64,000 nucleotides of DNA from Patescibacteria group bacterium (lineage in GTDB: Bacteria; Patescibacteriota; Minisyncoccia; Phycocordibacterales; PALSA-1337). Positions 48,019 through 59,197 of this stretch are shown piece after piece (position 1 is the first letter of the stretch; each line of letters begins with the position of its first letter). Under the pieces are notes generated by a model, which was not told the origin of the DNA, made no database searches, and saw nothing but the letters and a program-made list of their open reading frames with translations. The stretch covers positions 2,276-66,275 of the forward strand of contig JAGXAG010000002.1 of the NCBI GenBank assembly GCA_018971685.1. Reading direction: 5' to 3'. The position numbers and the translations under genes were made by a program.

Positions 48019-48486
48019 ATGCCTAACGAAACACAATATTTGACGAGTGAGAAATTCGCGGAACTCTCTAAAGAGCTTGATATTTTGAAGACGGAACGGC
48101 GCAAGGAAGTGGCTGAAAGCCTGGAATATGCCAAGAAACTAGGCGATTTGTCCGAAAACGCCGAATATCATCAGGCTCGCGAAGAACAGGCTGAAGTCGA
48201 AGATCGCATCAATCGTCTGGAACAGCTATTAAAACACGCCGTTCTCGCCGATAAAGGCAGCAGCGAAGTGGTAACCGTAGGAACTACTTTGCGTATCCAG
48301 CGCGACGGCGACAATAAATCATATCTTTATACCATAGTCGGCTCTGAAGAAGCTGATATGTCACATGGCAAAATCTCCAACATATCTCCGTTAGGCTCGG
48401 CTTTGATCGGTCGGAAAAAGGGCGATACGGTCACAGTGTCTACGCCAAACGGGGATATTAAATACACGATTGTAATCATAAAATAA
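48019..48486 (+). CDS. greA: Transcription elongation factor GreA
   Basis: GDLSENAEYH.AREEQ, IS..SPLG.ALIG. Confidence 0.97.
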   Translation: MPNETQYLTSEKFAELSKELDILKTERRKEVAESLEYAKKLGDLSENAEYHQAREEQAEVEDRINRLEQLLKHAVLADKGSSEVVTVGTTLRIQRDGDNKSYLYTIVGSEEADMSHGKISNISPLGSALIGRKKGDTVTVSTPNGDIKYTIVIIK

Positions 48487-48516
48487 GCTTACAGTGCAAA
48501 CCGCAAATCAAATCTC

Positions 48517-49977
48517 ATGGCTTCGATCGATGAATTAAAACAAACCCGGCTGAACAAACTGGAGTCGCTAATAAAATCCGGCATGAATCCGTATCCGGTA
48601 TCAGTGCCGCGCGATTTTTCTTTGGAGGAAGCACAGAACAAATTTAAAGAATACGAAAAATCGCAGAAACAAGTATCGCTTGCAGGTAGGATTATGGCGA
48701 TACGCGGACAAGGTGCCATATTGTTTTTTGTGCTTGATGATGGCACCGCCAAATTCCAAGCTGTGGCGAAAAAAGACGCGATCGAACCGAAACTGTTCAA
48801 ATTAATCACTGACACTGTTGACATTGGTGACATCGTCAGTGTTACCGGCATTTTATTCACGACCCAAAAAGGCGAAGAAAGCCTGCTGATCGCCGATTGG
48901 AAAATGGCCGCCAAATCGCTCTTGCCTTTGCCAGAAAAATGGCACGGCCTGCAAGATCCGGACGAAAAACTGCGCAAACGCTATCTGGATTTCATTATGG
49001 CGCCGGAGAAGCGGGAATTGTTCTACAAAAAGGCGAAGTTTTGGCAGCTCACAAGAAAGTTTATGGAAGACAGGGGATTTATCGAAGTAGAGACTCCCAC
49101 GCTGGAAACTACTACCGGCGGCGCGGAAGCAAGACCTTTCATAACGCACCATAACGATTACGATCTAGATGTTTATTTGCGAATATCTGTGGGTGAACTT
49201 TGGCAAAAAAGACTGATGGCTGCGGGATTTCCAAAGACCTTTGAGATCGGCCGTGTATACAGGAACGAAGGTTCCAGCCCGGAGCATGTCCAGGAATTCA
49301 CCAACATGGAATACTATTGGTCATACGCTGATTATGAAGATGGCATGAATCTGACCGTGGAGTTGTATAGACACTTGGCCAAGGAAGTTTTCGGTACCAC
49401 CAAATTTGACTCTCGGGGACACTCTTTCGATCTGTCAGAAGAATGGCAGAAGATTGATTATGGCGAGGAAGTTAAAAAGCAGACGAGCGTTGACATAAAT
49501 ATGGCTACTGACGAAGAATTGCTTGATAAGGTGAACGAATTAAAAATCGACTATGACGGGAACAATAGGGAAAGACTGATTGATACTCTATGGAAATATT
49601 GCAGAAAAAATATTGCAGGTCCGGCATTTTTGATCAACCATCCGATTCTGGTGGCGCCTTTGGCAAAGAGCGTACCGGGTAAATCAGGAACGGTCCAAAT
49701 GTTTCAGCCTATTATTGCCGGCAGTGAGATCGGCAGAGGTTATTCGGAGTTGAACGATCCGATCGATCAGAAGAAAAGGTTTGAAGAACAGCTGAAACTT
49801 TTTGATGCCGGTGACAAAGAAGCAATGATGCCGGATTGGGAATTTGTCGAGATGTTGGAACACGCCATGCCTCCCACATGTGGTTTTGGTTTTGGCGAAC
49901 GACTGTTTTCGGTACTTGCTGGCCAGCCCCTGCGCGAGACGCAATTGTTCCCGCTGGTGCGGCCGAAGAAAAATTGA
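48517..49977 (+). CDS. lysS: Lysine--tRNA ligase (class II)
   Basis: LPEKWHGL, RYLD, GGAEARPFITHHN, YRNEG, YSELNDP. Confidence 0.97.
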   Translation: MASIDELKQTRLNKLESLIKSGMNPYPVSVPRDFSLEEAQNKFKEYEKSQKQVSLAGRIMAIRGQGAILFFVLDDGTAKFQAVAKKDAIEPKLFKLITDTVDIGDIVSVTGILFTTQKGEESLLIADWKMAAKSLLPLPEKWHGLQDPDEKLRKRYLDFIMAPEKRELFYKKAKFWQLTRKFMEDRGFIEVETPTLETTTGGAEARPFITHHNDYDLDVYLRISVGELWQKRLMAAGFPKTFEIGRVYRNEGSSPEHVQEFTNMEYYWSYADYEDGMNLTVELYRHLAKEVFGTTKFDSRGHSFDLSEEWQKIDYGEEVKKQTSVDINMATDEELLDKVNELKIDYDGNNRERLIDTLWKYCRKNIAGPAFLINHPILVAPLAKSVPGKSGTVQMFQPIIAGSEIGRGYSELNDPIDQKKRFEEQLKLFDAGDKEAMMPDWEFVEMLEHAMPPTCGFGFGERLFSVLAGQPLRETQLFPLVRPKKN

Positions 49978-50090
49978 TTAATTTTTATTGATCAAAAACA
50001 TTACTGCAAACCGGCGAGATCTTGTTTTTCGGCATTGACTTCAAGGTGTAAAATTGCGAAAATTACGGCAATAGAGAATGTAATAACGCA

Positions 50091-50849
50091 ATGGAACACC
50101 TGACGAAGCAACAAATAGTATTGGTCACACTGTTGGTATCATTTGTGACCGCGCTCGCGACTGGAGTGGTGACGGTGTCGCTCATGAACCAGGCACCAGA
50201 GAGCGTGACGCAGACCATAAGCAAGGTAATAGAGCGCACCATAGAAGCCGCGGCGCCACAGGGGGCCGCCGTGGCGACCGCGCCGAACTACGGTGACATC
50301 ATAGCCAATGCGGTGGAGAAAATCGCTTCAAGCACCGTTACTATAATAGACGATCAAACATCGTCGGCACTTGGTTCTGGATTGATAGTTTCCAAAGAAG
50401 GTGTGATATTGACGGACAAATCAGTCGTGGCCGAAGCACACAAGTATGATGTGGTTCTGAATGACGGTACAAAAATACCAGTTGTCATAGTGCAATCACA
50501 AATAAACGGCAACATCGTCTTCCTGGCGCCGTTCCCGCCGTATACTGCCTTGACCGAACCGGTCACGCCGGCCGCTTTCGCCGGTGTGCCAAAATTGGGG
50601 CAGACAGTCTATGCGCTTGCCGGCACTTCCTCGCCCTTACTGGTGCAAGGTCTGATCACTTCACTGCCGGGTGTTGACCAAAATATAGGCACATCCATTT
50701 CTACGCAAAATATTTCCCCAGGCGGCGCACTATTTGATACCGGCGGGGAGATTGTCGGCATGATGTTGGCGCCATCTGATAAGAATGGTTCCGGCGGCTT
50801 TTACCCGGTTGGGACGCTGGTTGGGGTAATTCCGGTATTGATGAAGTGA
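50091..50849 (+). CDS. Membrane-anchored HtrA/trypsin-like protein, catalytic motifs degenerate
   Basis: GSGLIVSKEG.ILTDKSVV in place of TNAHV, SPGGAL in place of GNSGGP; no PDZ. Confidence 0.75.
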   Translation: MEHLTKQQIVLVTLLVSFVTALATGVVTVSLMNQAPESVTQTISKVIERTIEAAAPQGAAVATAPNYGDIIANAVEKIASSTVTIIDDQTSSALGSGLIVSKEGVILTDKSVVAEAHKYDVVLNDGTKIPVVIVQSQINGNIVFLAPFPPYTALTEPVTPAAFAGVPKLGQTVYALAGTSSPLLVQGLITSLPGVDQNIGTSISTQNISPGGALFDTGGEIVGMMLAPSDKNGSGGFYPVGTLVGVIPVLMK

Positions 50850-50953
50850 TAGAAACAGCTTTGGAATATGCCCATGTTGACGAAGCCTGATCAGGCGGTT
50901 TTTTCGCATGCAACTTTTTGCAAGCTTACACAGTTATATGTTATAGTAATGTC

Positions 50954-53632
50954 ATGCCGCCATTAGCAAAACTAACCACAAAAGCCAGAGAGGCCTTGAA
51001 ACGGGCTCACGAGCTTGCCATCGAGCGTGGCCAGAATCATGTCAATCCCACGCACCTTTTGTGTGCTCTTTTGTTGCAAGAAGAAAGCCTCGTCATGTCC
51101 ATCTTGGACAAACTTGAGGTAGATACCCAGATGCTCATCGATGTTGTTCTGGAACACATAGAGTCTCCGGAATCGTCCAATGTTCTTTCTCCTTCATACC
51201 AAATATACATAACGCCGGACCTCGCCCAAATATTGGACAACTCCCTGCGTGTAGCAAGCAATTTGAAAGAAGAATTTATCGCGCCCGAGCATCTATTCCT
51301 CTCGGTTTTTGACATCCAATGTCCCGCGCGCGATATTCTGGCCAAATTCAAAATAGAGAAGGATCAGGTGTCTAAGATAGTCAAAGAACTCAAGACCAAT
51401 CCCCCGACCAAGGAAATCGGTACCAAGAAATTTCGTACTCTCTACAAATACGCTCGCAGTTTGACGCGCTTGGCGCACGAAAACAAGCTCGACCCCGTAA
51501 TTGGTCGCGATGCGGAGATAATGCGTATCATACAGATACTTTCGCGCCGAACAAAAAATAACCCGATACTCATAGGCGAAGCCGGCGTGGGCAAAACTGC
51601 GATTGCCGAAGGTTTGGCCTTGCGTATGGCTCAAAGCGATGTGCCGGAATCGCTAAAAGACAAAGAATTAGTATCTCTTGATCTTGGTTCGCTCATTGCA
51701 GGCACCAAATACCGCGGTGAATTCGAGGAAAGGCTCAAGAATATACTCAAAGAAGTCGAGCGCGCCGAAGGCAAAATCATCCTATTTATCGATGAAATAC
51801 ATACTTTGGTCGGCGCAGGTGCGGCGGAGGGTTCAATGGACGCTTCCAACATGTTGAAGCCCGCCTTGGCTCGCGGCGAACTTCGGGCTATAGGTGCCAC
51901 CACCATAAAGGAATATCAAAAATACATAGAGAAAGATCCGGCTTTGACACGCAGGTTCCAGCCGGTTTTCGTACAGGAGCCGACGGTGGAAGACGCCATC
52001 GCCATACTCAGAGGTATAAAAGAGAAATACGAACTATACCACGGCGTGAGGATTGCCGATGACGCTATCATAGCCGCGGTCAACCTCGCCAGCAGGTACA
52101 TCACTGACCGATTTTTGCCGGACAAAGTTGTGGACCTCATAGACGAAGCCGCTTCATCCTTGCGTATTTCGCTAGAGAACATGCCGCCGGAACTTGAAGA
52201 TGCCCGTAGAAAGATCATGCGCCTAGAGATAGAGCGGGAGGCTTTGAAGAAAGAGACCGACAAAGCCGCCAAAGCCAGAATGACGGTTATAGAAAAGGAG
52301 ATAGCCGATCTGAAAGAAGGCACAGCCGAGCTTGAGCTAAAATGGCAGAATGAAAAAAGTACCATTAACGACATCAAGCGCATCAAGAAAGACCTTGAAG
52401 CTATGCGCATAGAAGCCGAAATGGCCGAGGCACACGCGGATCTTGCCAAAGCGGCCGAGATTAGATACGGCAAACTGCCCGTATCAGAGAAAGAACTCGA
52501 TCAGAAGAACAAGCGGCTCAAGAAACTGCAATCCTCGCGGCGCATACTGAAAGAAGAAATCAACGCCGAAGATATCGCTGGCGTGGTGTCGCGTTGGACA
52601 GGCATACCGGTGTCGAGGATGCTGGAGTCGGAAGCATCCAAGCTTCTGCGTATGGAAGACGAGCTGAAAAAACGCGTTGTCGGCCAGGACGAAGCTGTAT
52701 CGAAAATAGCAGATACTATACGCCGTTCGCGCGCGGGCGTATCCGATCCAAACAGGCCTATAGGTTCATTTATATTCCTGGGACCGACCGGCGTCGGCAA
52801 AACGGAGCTGACCAAGACGCTGGCGGAGTTTTTGTTCAACGACGAGAAGGCCCTTATCCGTGTGGACATGTCGGAATTCATGGAGAAACATTCAGTGTCG
52901 AAACTGATCGGCGCGCCGCCGGGCTATGTTGGTCACGAAGAAGGTGGCACCATTACTGAAACAGTCAGGCACAGGCCGTACTCGGTGGTTTTGTTCGACG
53001 AGATAGAGAAAGCGCACCCGGAAGTTTTCAACATTCTCTTGCAAGTGCTTGATAACGGACGTTTGACGGATTCCAAGGGCCGTTTGGTGAATTTTCGGAA
53101 CACGGTCATTATCATGACATCGAATATCGGCGCGCAATTCATCGAAAAAATGGAAAAGATCGGCTTTGCCAAGAATACCGACAATGCGGACAGGGACAAT
53201 TATGCGACCGCCAAAGACAAAGTATTTTCCGCTTTGAAGGATTATTTCCGGCCGGAATTCTTGAACCGCGTTGACGATACCATAATTTTCGACATCTTGT
53301 CGCCGGCGGCGGTCAAGGATATCGTGAAAATCCAAGTTGAAGAAGTGGTCAAACGACTTTCAGATAAAGATATCAATCTGGTTTTGTCATCGGAAGTCTT
53401 GGATTATTTGGCCAAAGAAGGCTATAATCCGCAATATGGCGCGCGGCCTCTCAAGAGGTTGATCCAAACGAAAGTTCTTACGCCGGTGGCGAAACTTTTG
53501 ATCGGCCGTGAAATAGCGAGGGGCGGCACCATCATGGTCGGATTGAAAGGCGATCAGTTTGTTTTCGAGGTTAAGAAGAAACACAAAGGCGAAAGCCCAA
53601 TCGTGATGCCGGAAATATTGCTTCAAAAATAA
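50954..53632 (+). CDS. clpB: Chaperone ClpB (Clp AAA+ ATPase)
   Basis: [16 protein letters not shown], long M-domain coiled coil, [21 protein letters not shown]. Confidence 0.95.
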   Translation: MPPLAKLTTKAREALKRAHELAIERGQNHVNPTHLLCALLLQEESLVMSILDKLEVDTQMLIDVVLEHIESPESSNVLSPSYQIYITPDLAQILDNSLRVASNLKEEFIAPEHLFLSVFDIQCPARDILAKFKIEKDQVSKIVKELKTNPPTKEIGTKKFRTLYKYARSLTRLAHENKLDPVIGRDAEIMRIIQILSRRTKNNPILIGEAGVGKTAIAEGLALRMAQSDVPESLKDKELVSLDLGSLIAGTKYRGEFEERLKNILKEVERAEGKIILFIDEIHTLVGAGAAEGSMDASNMLKPALARGELRAIGATTIKEYQKYIEKDPALTRRFQPVFVQEPTVEDAIAILRGIKEKYELYHGVRIADDAIIAAVNLASRYITDRFLPDKVVDLIDEAASSLRISLENMPPELEDARRKIMRLEIEREALKKETDKAAKARMTVIEKEIADLKEGTAELELKWQNEKSTINDIKRIKKDLEAMRIEAEMAEAHADLAKAAEIRYGKLPVSEKELDQKNKRLKKLQSSRRILKEEINAEDIAGVVSRWTGIPVSRMLESEASKLLRMEDELKKRVVGQDEAVSKIADTIRRSRAGVSDPNRPIGSFIFLGPTGVGKTELTKTLAEFLFNDEKALIRVDMSEFMEKHSVSKLIGAPPGYVGHEEGGTITETVRHRPYSVVLFDEIEKAHPEVFNILLQVLDNGRLTDSKGRLVNFRNTVIIMTSNIGAQFIEKMEKIGFAKNTDNADRDNYATAKDKVFSALKDYFRPEFLNRVDDTIIFDILSPAAVKDIVKIQVEEVVKRLSDKDINLVLSSEVLDYLAKEGYNPQYGARPLKRLIQTKVLTPVAKLLIGREIARGGTIMVGLKGDQFVFEVKKKHKGESPIVMPEILLQK

Positions 53633-53669
53633 CCGGCGGCGTGCTAAAATTTCTTTGGTTCTATAAATC

Positions 53670-53753
53670 GCGCAGGTGGCAGAGTGGTCAATTGCAACTG
53701 GCTGTAAACCAGTCGCCCTATGGGCTACGGGGGTTCAAATCCCTCCCTGCGCA
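53670..53753 (+). tRNA. tRNA-Tyr(GTA)
   Basis: GCGCAGG/CCTGCGC, ACTGG-CT GTA AA-CCAGT, long variable arm. Confidence 0.95.
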
Positions 53754-53791
53754 CAGTTGTTTCTTGCTATTGATGAGAGTATCATTCCGGA

Positions 53792-53890
53792 ATGGAAATA
53801 ATTTTTTGGAATGAAAAAATCGATAAATTCATCAATAATCTTGATAGGGTTACGGCTTCACATGTAAGGAAGACGATAAGGGCTCTTTCC
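53792..53890 (+). pseudogene. N-terminal fragment of a RelE/Gp49-like toxin
   Basis: MEIIFWNEKIDKFINNLDRVTASHVRKTI resembles Gp49-type RelE N-termini; the rest of the ORF runs antisense into alr. Confidence 0.4.
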
Positions 53891-53937
53891 AAAAGAATTC
53901 CCCCGCGCGCAAATCCAGAAGTGTTATCCGACCTTCT

Positions 53938-55140
53938 TCATTCGACGATTGTTCTTTTCAAATGCGTCGGAATCTTTACCGCGATCTCGTAAGGTATCGT
54001 GCCGCAGAGGGCGGCGGCGTTTCTTATCGAATTCAAATCCGATGTACCGCGGCTGAATACAATGACCGGCGTACCGATCTTCGCGTCTGTGACTCCCGAA
54101 ACATCTACAGTTGAAATATTCATGCTGACGCGGCCGATAATGGGGCAGGGGACGCGTTTCTCGCAGATTAGCATAGATCCATTATTGGATAGTCGCCGGT
54201 CGACGCCCTCGAAATAGCCGGCGGGGACGGTCGCAATCCGCATTTCATTCAAGGCCGTAAAGGTGCGTGAGTAACCGGCAGACTCGCCTTTTTTCAAAGT
54301 CTTGACACCCGTGATTATCGTTTTCAACTCCATTACCGGTTGAATATCGAGCGCTGGGGATTTTTCGGCCGAGAATGGATTGTTGTCCGACAAACCGTAA
54401 AGTCCGATGCCCAGTCGTGAAATGTTGGCTTTTATTTTACCGTGGAACCGGTGGCCGTCGGTGTTAGCCAGGTGTATGTATTTCAATTCCGGAAACGCAG
54501 CGGTGAATCGGTCGACAATGTCGTTCCATAAAGCGATTTGGTTTAAAGTGAATGATTGGTCGGAATTGTCAGCGTCTGGCAGGTGCGAGGCGATACCTTC
54601 GATGATTATACGCGGGTTTGATTTGATAATGTGCATCGTTTCGGCGACTTCTTCGGGCAATATGCCTTGGCGGCGCATGCCGGTGTCTATCTTTAGGTGA
54701 ATGGCGGATCGGCGGCGAAAGAATGAAAATTTATTGCAAGTACAGTTTCTGTCAGAGGTTAATTCGCGCAAAGAACGCAGTGTCTCAATGCTTGTCACGG
54801 CAAAGGAAATGTTTTTTAACCGCGAATTAGCTATAGTCTCGGGACGGGTATAACCAATGACAAGTAGGGGAGTATTTATGCCTCTTGCGCGCAAAGCGAC
54901 CGCTTCAAAGTATGAATCGATGACGAAAAACGGCGCTTTTTCCGACTCCAATATTTCAGCGACCTCGATCAGTCCGTGCCCATAAGCGTTACTCTTCAGA
55001 ACTGGCGCAATATTACCATTCGGGGCCAACTTCTTGAATTGATTGAGATTATTCAACAGGCGACCACGCGATATTTCGACAGTGATCAGCGGTTCATATG
55101 GAAAACGAGATTTCGACAAGCGGGTAAGCCATCTTTTCAT
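53938..55140 (-). CDS. alr: Alanine racemase
   Basis: VLKSNAYGHG, HLKIDTGM.R.G, RLGIGLYG, GRVSMN, TIPYE. Confidence 0.96.
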   Translation of the reverse strand: MKRWLTRLSKSRFPYEPLITVEISRGRLLNNLNQFKKLAPNGNIAPVLKSNAYGHGLIEVAEILESEKAPFFVIDSYFEAVALRARGINTPLLVIGYTRPETIANSRLKNISFAVTSIETLRSLRELTSDRNCTCNKFSFFRRRSAIHLKIDTGMRRQGILPEEVAETMHIIKSNPRIIIEGIASHLPDADNSDQSFTLNQIALWNDIVDRFTAAFPELKYIHLANTDGHRFHGKIKANISRLGIGLYGLSDNNPFSAEKSPALDIQPVMELKTIITGVKTLKKGESAGYSRTFTALNEMRIATVPAGYFEGVDRRLSNNGSMLICEKRVPCPIIGRVSMNISTVDVSGVTDAKIGTPVIVFSRGTSDLNSIRNAAALCGTIPYEIAVKIPTHLKRTIVE

Positions 55141-55331
55141 TGTCTTATTTTACGCCAGAATGTTGCCGCTAGCTACTTGACTTTTATTGATGATTATGAT
55201 AGGGTATTGACCAGTAAACCGAGACTAACGCAGTCTCATTTTTGTTCCTTGACAGTCGCATATGTCAGCCAAACCTTAACTTCTCCGCGGATGTGGAGGG
55301 GGTGTGCGAGTGTTGGGGGATTCGACTAACC

Positions 55332-55601
55332 ATGAAAAAAGCTCAAAAATCATTCAGCGAAGTTCTACTTGACGAAAGCAAAGAGACCGAAAGGACCGGC
55401 GCCAAGGCTATAATTTGTTGTTTCACCTTTGCCTCCGTGGCATTGGTAGTGTTTGCGTGGTTTGCATCGCGACACAGCGATGTCAACCGACAAACAATGC
55501 CACAACAAGTCGTGACACAAGAAATCACCTCGCCGACAACAACGGTCAAAACAGTAACCTTTACGGTGAAGCCAAGGTTGTCTACTTCGCCGCAGAAGTA
55601 A
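55332..55601 (+). CDS. Small bitopic membrane protein, Thr-rich tail
   Basis: MKKAQK... ORF with one TM helix. Confidence 0.6.
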   Translation: MKKAQKSFSEVLLDESKETERTGAKAIICCFTFASVALVVFAWFASRHSDVNRQTMPQQVVTQEITSPTTTVKTVTFTVKPRLSTSPQK

Positions 55602-55650
55602 TCACGAAGACAACAACAAACCAAAAAACAGACAAGAAAAAAGAACGACA

Positions 55651-56754
55651 ATGAAAACAAAAATCATCGCCTTGGTCGCGGCGTCCACACTCTGCCTATC
55701 TGCCTTCTGCCAAACCCCGGCACCGTGGGTCGATCCGACAACCGTTCCGGTGGTGCCAGCATCCGTGGCTGTTAGTGGTCGGCAAGCAATTGCCAACTAT
55801 CTGACATTCCAGATTGATCACGTGCTGGTTCAATACACCGGCGCGTCCGTTGTCACGCCGGGTAGCGTGTACCTAGACGCGAATGCGCTCAAATCGTTCG
55901 GCTATGGCCATCGCGGCTCATTTGCCGAACTGAGTGCCTCCACAGCCAGTCAAGTGTTCTCGGCACAAGTCGTGCCGACACCTGACGGATTCTACAGCGT
56001 TCAAGTGAATGTTACCTATTACACCGCCGACAACCGGCAAGTATTTTTAGGTAACGGGTGGCTCAACATCCAAACCAACCCGGACGGTACTCTTACGGCT
56101 GGACAGTTCCAGCCGTGGGTAAACTTGAACAGCCAAATCGCCATTCAATATACGAACTACATTGGAGCGGCGAAATGGATAGGACACTATGGCAGTTCGC
56201 AAGATCTGCAAGTGTCGTACGACGGCCAGAATTCCACGGTGATCGTACCTGAGAAGGTTCTCGGTGACGGTTACTTCGTGGTTTCCGACCTCAACGGCAA
56301 TGTTTCCGGGTGGGATCTGTCGAACGGTACAGCATTGAATGGCAAAACCGTCGTGGCTTTGTTGGGACAAACCAGCTCAAGCGATATTCGTGTCCTCCAG
56401 GATCCGATTTCGTTCGATGCCGGCGGGTCCCAATTCTACAAGTCCGGCGAGAAGTTCTTCGGGCGGTTTCCGCTCCTTGATGTCACTCTTCACCAGCCGC
56501 TCAAGACGGGGATTTACTTCCTCGTGCCGGTTTGGGGAATGAGTCAGGGGATAGCGCCGACGAGGATGTTTGTCACGCCAGTTTATTTTGAGGATAACAG
56601 CGTGCCGAACCCGGCGGTCGGCCAGGAATACGAACTGCCCTGGAATGCGGATGCGGGCGGATTTATTATGAATCTGCCGATTGGCGGATACCACATCCGC
56701 TGTGAGTTTCAGGGGGTTTTGGACTGGGAGTCTGATCCCAGTCCGAAGGGATAG
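55651..56754 (+). CDS. Secreted hypothetical protein (beta-rich, 367 aa)
   Basis: Signal peptide MKTKIIALVAASTLCLSAFC; no family recognised. Confidence 0.85.
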   Translation: MKTKIIALVAASTLCLSAFCQTPAPWVDPTTVPVVPASVAVSGRQAIANYLTFQIDHVLVQYTGASVVTPGSVYLDANALKSFGYGHRGSFAELSASTASQVFSAQVVPTPDGFYSVQVNVTYYTADNRQVFLGNGWLNIQTNPDGTLTAGQFQPWVNLNSQIAIQYTNYIGAAKWIGHYGSSQDLQVSYDGQNSTVIVPEKVLGDGYFVVSDLNGNVSGWDLSNGTALNGKTVVALLGQTSSSDIRVLQDPISFDAGGSQFYKSGEKFFGRFPLLDVTLHQPLKTGIYFLVPVWGMSQGIAPTRMFVTPVYFEDNSVPNPAVGQEYELPWNADAGGFIMNLPIGGYHIRCEFQGVLDWESDPSPKG

Positions 56755-56774
56755 TGACTGACAGCGACTTACTA

Positions 56775-56824
56775 GGCCCCGCAAGGAATTCTTGGATCAC
56801 AAATCTGGGAACTTGCGGGGTTTT
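56775..56824 (+). terminator. Long-stem terminator
   Basis: GGCCCCGCAAG...CTTGCGGGGTTTT. Confidence 0.6.
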
Positions 56825-56849
56825 AAATTTGTGCTATATTGGATCGGTC

Positions 56850-57005
56850 ATGTCCCAAGATTCATTAATACAACTGAAAAACAAATCAACCGGCGAGGTC
56901 TATTGGACGCGCAAGAACAAGAAGAAAGTAGAGAAGAAAATAGAGCTCAAGAAATACAGCGCCAAGTTGCGCAAACATGTCGTCTTCAAAGAAGCCAAAA
57001 AATAG
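56850..57005 (+). CDS. rpmG: 50S ribosomal protein L33 (Zn-free type)
   Basis: YWTRKNKK...KIELKKYS...RKHVVFKE. Confidence 0.93.
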   Translation: MSQDSLIQLKNKSTGEVYWTRKNKKKVEKKIELKKYSAKLRKHVVFKEAKK

Positions 57006-57087
57006 GATTTACGATTTACGAATTATGATTTAAGATTAACGCAGACACCCGTTTGTGCTTGTTTATAAAACATAAATCTTCCCCAGT

Positions 57088-57158
57088 GGGCGATTAGTTA
57101 AGTGGTATAACTGCGGTCTCCAAAACCGCTGTCCGAGGTTCGATTCCTCGATCGCCCG
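57088..57158 (+). tRNA. tRNA-Trp(CCA)
   Basis: GGGCGAT/ATCGCCC, GCGGT-CT CCA AA-ACCGC. Confidence 0.95.
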
Positions 57159-57261
57159 CACTTGACAAAATTATAGTAACTGTGGTAAACTAGTCAGCGT
57201 TAGTGACAGCATCAAATTCGCGCTTTAATAACTTTAATAGTAAGCGAGTTTTAATCACTTA

Positions 57262-57792
57262 ATGAAAAATCAAATGCGTAAATCACCCAATAAATGGTTA
57301 ACAGTGGCGTCGGTATTGACAGCTATCATTGTAGTGTCGACGGCTTTGAATGTGCCCGGCAATCAGTCTCCGTCTCCGGTAGCGGTTTCTAATAATGTTT
57401 CGGTTTCCGGTGAGGCGTCGCTTGCCCTGACGGGTTCTATCGGCGGTACGGTTGATGTCGGACAGGAGCAGACGATTCATTGGATTTCGAGCAATTATTC
57501 CATGCCGACGGTCAGCGTCAGCTTGATCCGCAAAATCGGCGACAATCCGGTGCGTTACAAGCTGGTTCGTGTTATCGCCACCAGCACCGCCAATGACGGA
57601 TCGGCCGTCTGGGTTCCCGCCGCCACCGATGTTGGAAATAATCTGTCTATCGAGATCGGATGCGCCGTAAGCAGCCAGACTTGCCACGGCGCCATCAGTC
57701 CGTCCGACGCAAATCTCGCGGTCGTCAATTCCGGCCGTTTTGCCAATACCGCCGCGGCTTACCGGGCGATTGAGAGGGAGAATAATAAATAA
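57262..57792 (+). CDS. Exported protein with an Ig-like domain
   Basis: N-terminal TM helix; G...TIHW.S, V.L, NDGS..W.P pattern. Confidence 0.75.
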   Translation: MKNQMRKSPNKWLTVASVLTAIIVVSTALNVPGNQSPSPVAVSNNVSVSGEASLALTGSIGGTVDVGQEQTIHWISSNYSMPTVSVSLIRKIGDNPVRYKLVRVIATSTANDGSAVWVPAATDVGNNLSIEIGCAVSSQTCHGAISPSDANLAVVNSGRFANTAAAYRAIERENNK

Positions 57793-57818
57793 TTTCGCGC
57801 ATTGTCTGAAATTTCCGA

Positions 57819-57849
57819 AGAAAACCGCTTATAAAAAAGCGGTTTTCTG
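57819..57849 (+). terminator. Intrinsic terminator
   Basis: AGAAAACCGCTT-ATAAAA-AAGCGGTTTTCT. Confidence 0.8.
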
Positions 57850-58002
57850 ATAGTGGGTGCTGGAAAGTCTAATTGCTTGCTAGTTCTTTGAAGTTTAGTG
57901 TGGTGGATAACTAACGAAAAAGGCAATATTAAGCTGTGGTTTGTAGGTTCTCAGTTACAAGCCAATTTAAGCATCGTTGTGATGTTGGTGTATACTGACA
58001 CC

Positions 58003-59175
58003 ATGGAACCTCTCGCCTCCAAAATCCGCCCTCAATCTCTCGCCGAATTCGTCGGTCAGGAACATTTAGTAGGCAAGGGAAAGGCCTTGTATCAAGCGAT
58101 TAAAGACAAACATTTATTTTCCTTTATTCTTTGGGGTCCCCCGGGAACGGGGAAAACGACATTAGCGAAAATATACGCAAAGGATATCAATGCCAGGCTT
58201 TATGAGCTTTCCGCCGTTTCTGCCGGCAAAGACGATATAAAGAAGATAATCGCCGAACCAGATACGCTCATGGAAGCCCAGCCCAAGATATTGTTCCTCG
58301 ACGAAATACACCGCTTCAACAAGGCTCAGCAAGACTTCCTCCTGCCGTATGTGGAGAGCGGCAAGCTGACCCTGATCGGCGCCACCACCGAGAACCCCAG
58401 CTTCGAGGTCATTCCGGCCCTCCTGTCTCGCTGTCGGGTATTCGTGCTCCAGTCATTGAATGAGGCCGAGCTCAAGGCCATCGTCAAGAGGACCCGGATA
58501 AAGATGCCCAAGGACGCCATAGACTGGCTGGCCGCTCTGGCCAATGGCGACGCCCGCATAGCCATCACCGCCGTGGAGAATTGTCAGAGGCTATATGGCG
58601 CCATCACTCTCGAGAATCTCAAGAATACCTTCGAGCACGCCTTCATCCGCTTCGACAAGAAGGGCGACGAACACTACGACACCATAAGCGCCTATATCAA
58701 GAGCATGAGAGCAGGGGACGCCGACGCCGCACTCTACTATCTGGCGCGCATGATCGAAGGCGGCGAGGACCCGAAGTTTATTGCCCGTAGGATGGTCGTA
58801 TTCGCTTCAGAGGATATAGGTTTGGCGCAACCCACTGCTTTGATCGTTGCTAATGCTTGTTTTGCCGCAGTAGATGTCATAGGCATGCCTGAAGCACAGA
58901 TCAACCTCGCCCACGGCACCGCTTATCTGGCTTTGGCGGCGAAAGATCGCAGTACCTATAACGCTTATTTTGAAGCGCTGGATGATGTGAAGAGGCTCGG
59001 CAATCAACCTATTCCTCTGAATGTCAGAAACGCTCCGACCAAGTTGATGAAGCAACTCGGTTATCATAAAGGCTATGACATGTATCCCAAGAATCCCGGA
59101 TCGAAAGAAGACAGCTATTTGCCGGAGAAAATTAAAGGGAAGAAGTATTTGAGACTGTCCTATTTACGCAAGTAG
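58003..59175 (+). CDS. rarA: Replication-associated recombination protein A
   Basis: PLA...[40 protein letters not shown]. Confidence 0.96.
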   Translation: MEPLASKIRPQSLAEFVGQEHLVGKGKALYQAIKDKHLFSFILWGPPGTGKTTLAKIYAKDINARLYELSAVSAGKDDIKKIIAEPDTLMEAQPKILFLDEIHRFNKAQQDFLLPYVESGKLTLIGATTENPSFEVIPALLSRCRVFVLQSLNEAELKAIVKRTRIKMPKDAIDWLAALANGDARIAITAVENCQRLYGAITLENLKNTFEHAFIRFDKKGDEHYDTISAYIKSMRAGDADAALYYLARMIEGGEDPKFIARRMVVFASEDIGLAQPTALIVANACFAAVDVIGMPEAQINLAHGTAYLALAAKDRSTYNAYFEALDDVKRLGNQPIPLNVRNAPTKLMKQLGYHKGYDMYPKNPGSKEDSYLPEKIKGKKYLRLSYLRK

Positions 59176-59197
59176 ACATAATCGTTGCCGCGAACTT

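Noticed and set aside
54705-54785. Extra segment in Alr (TSDRNCTCNKFSFFRRRS)
   Set aside because: No convincing inverted repeat or shared motif.
57088-57158. Alternative genetic code (TGA read as sense)
   Set aside because: TGA ends many conserved genes at their expected ends and the ORFs are intact under code 11.
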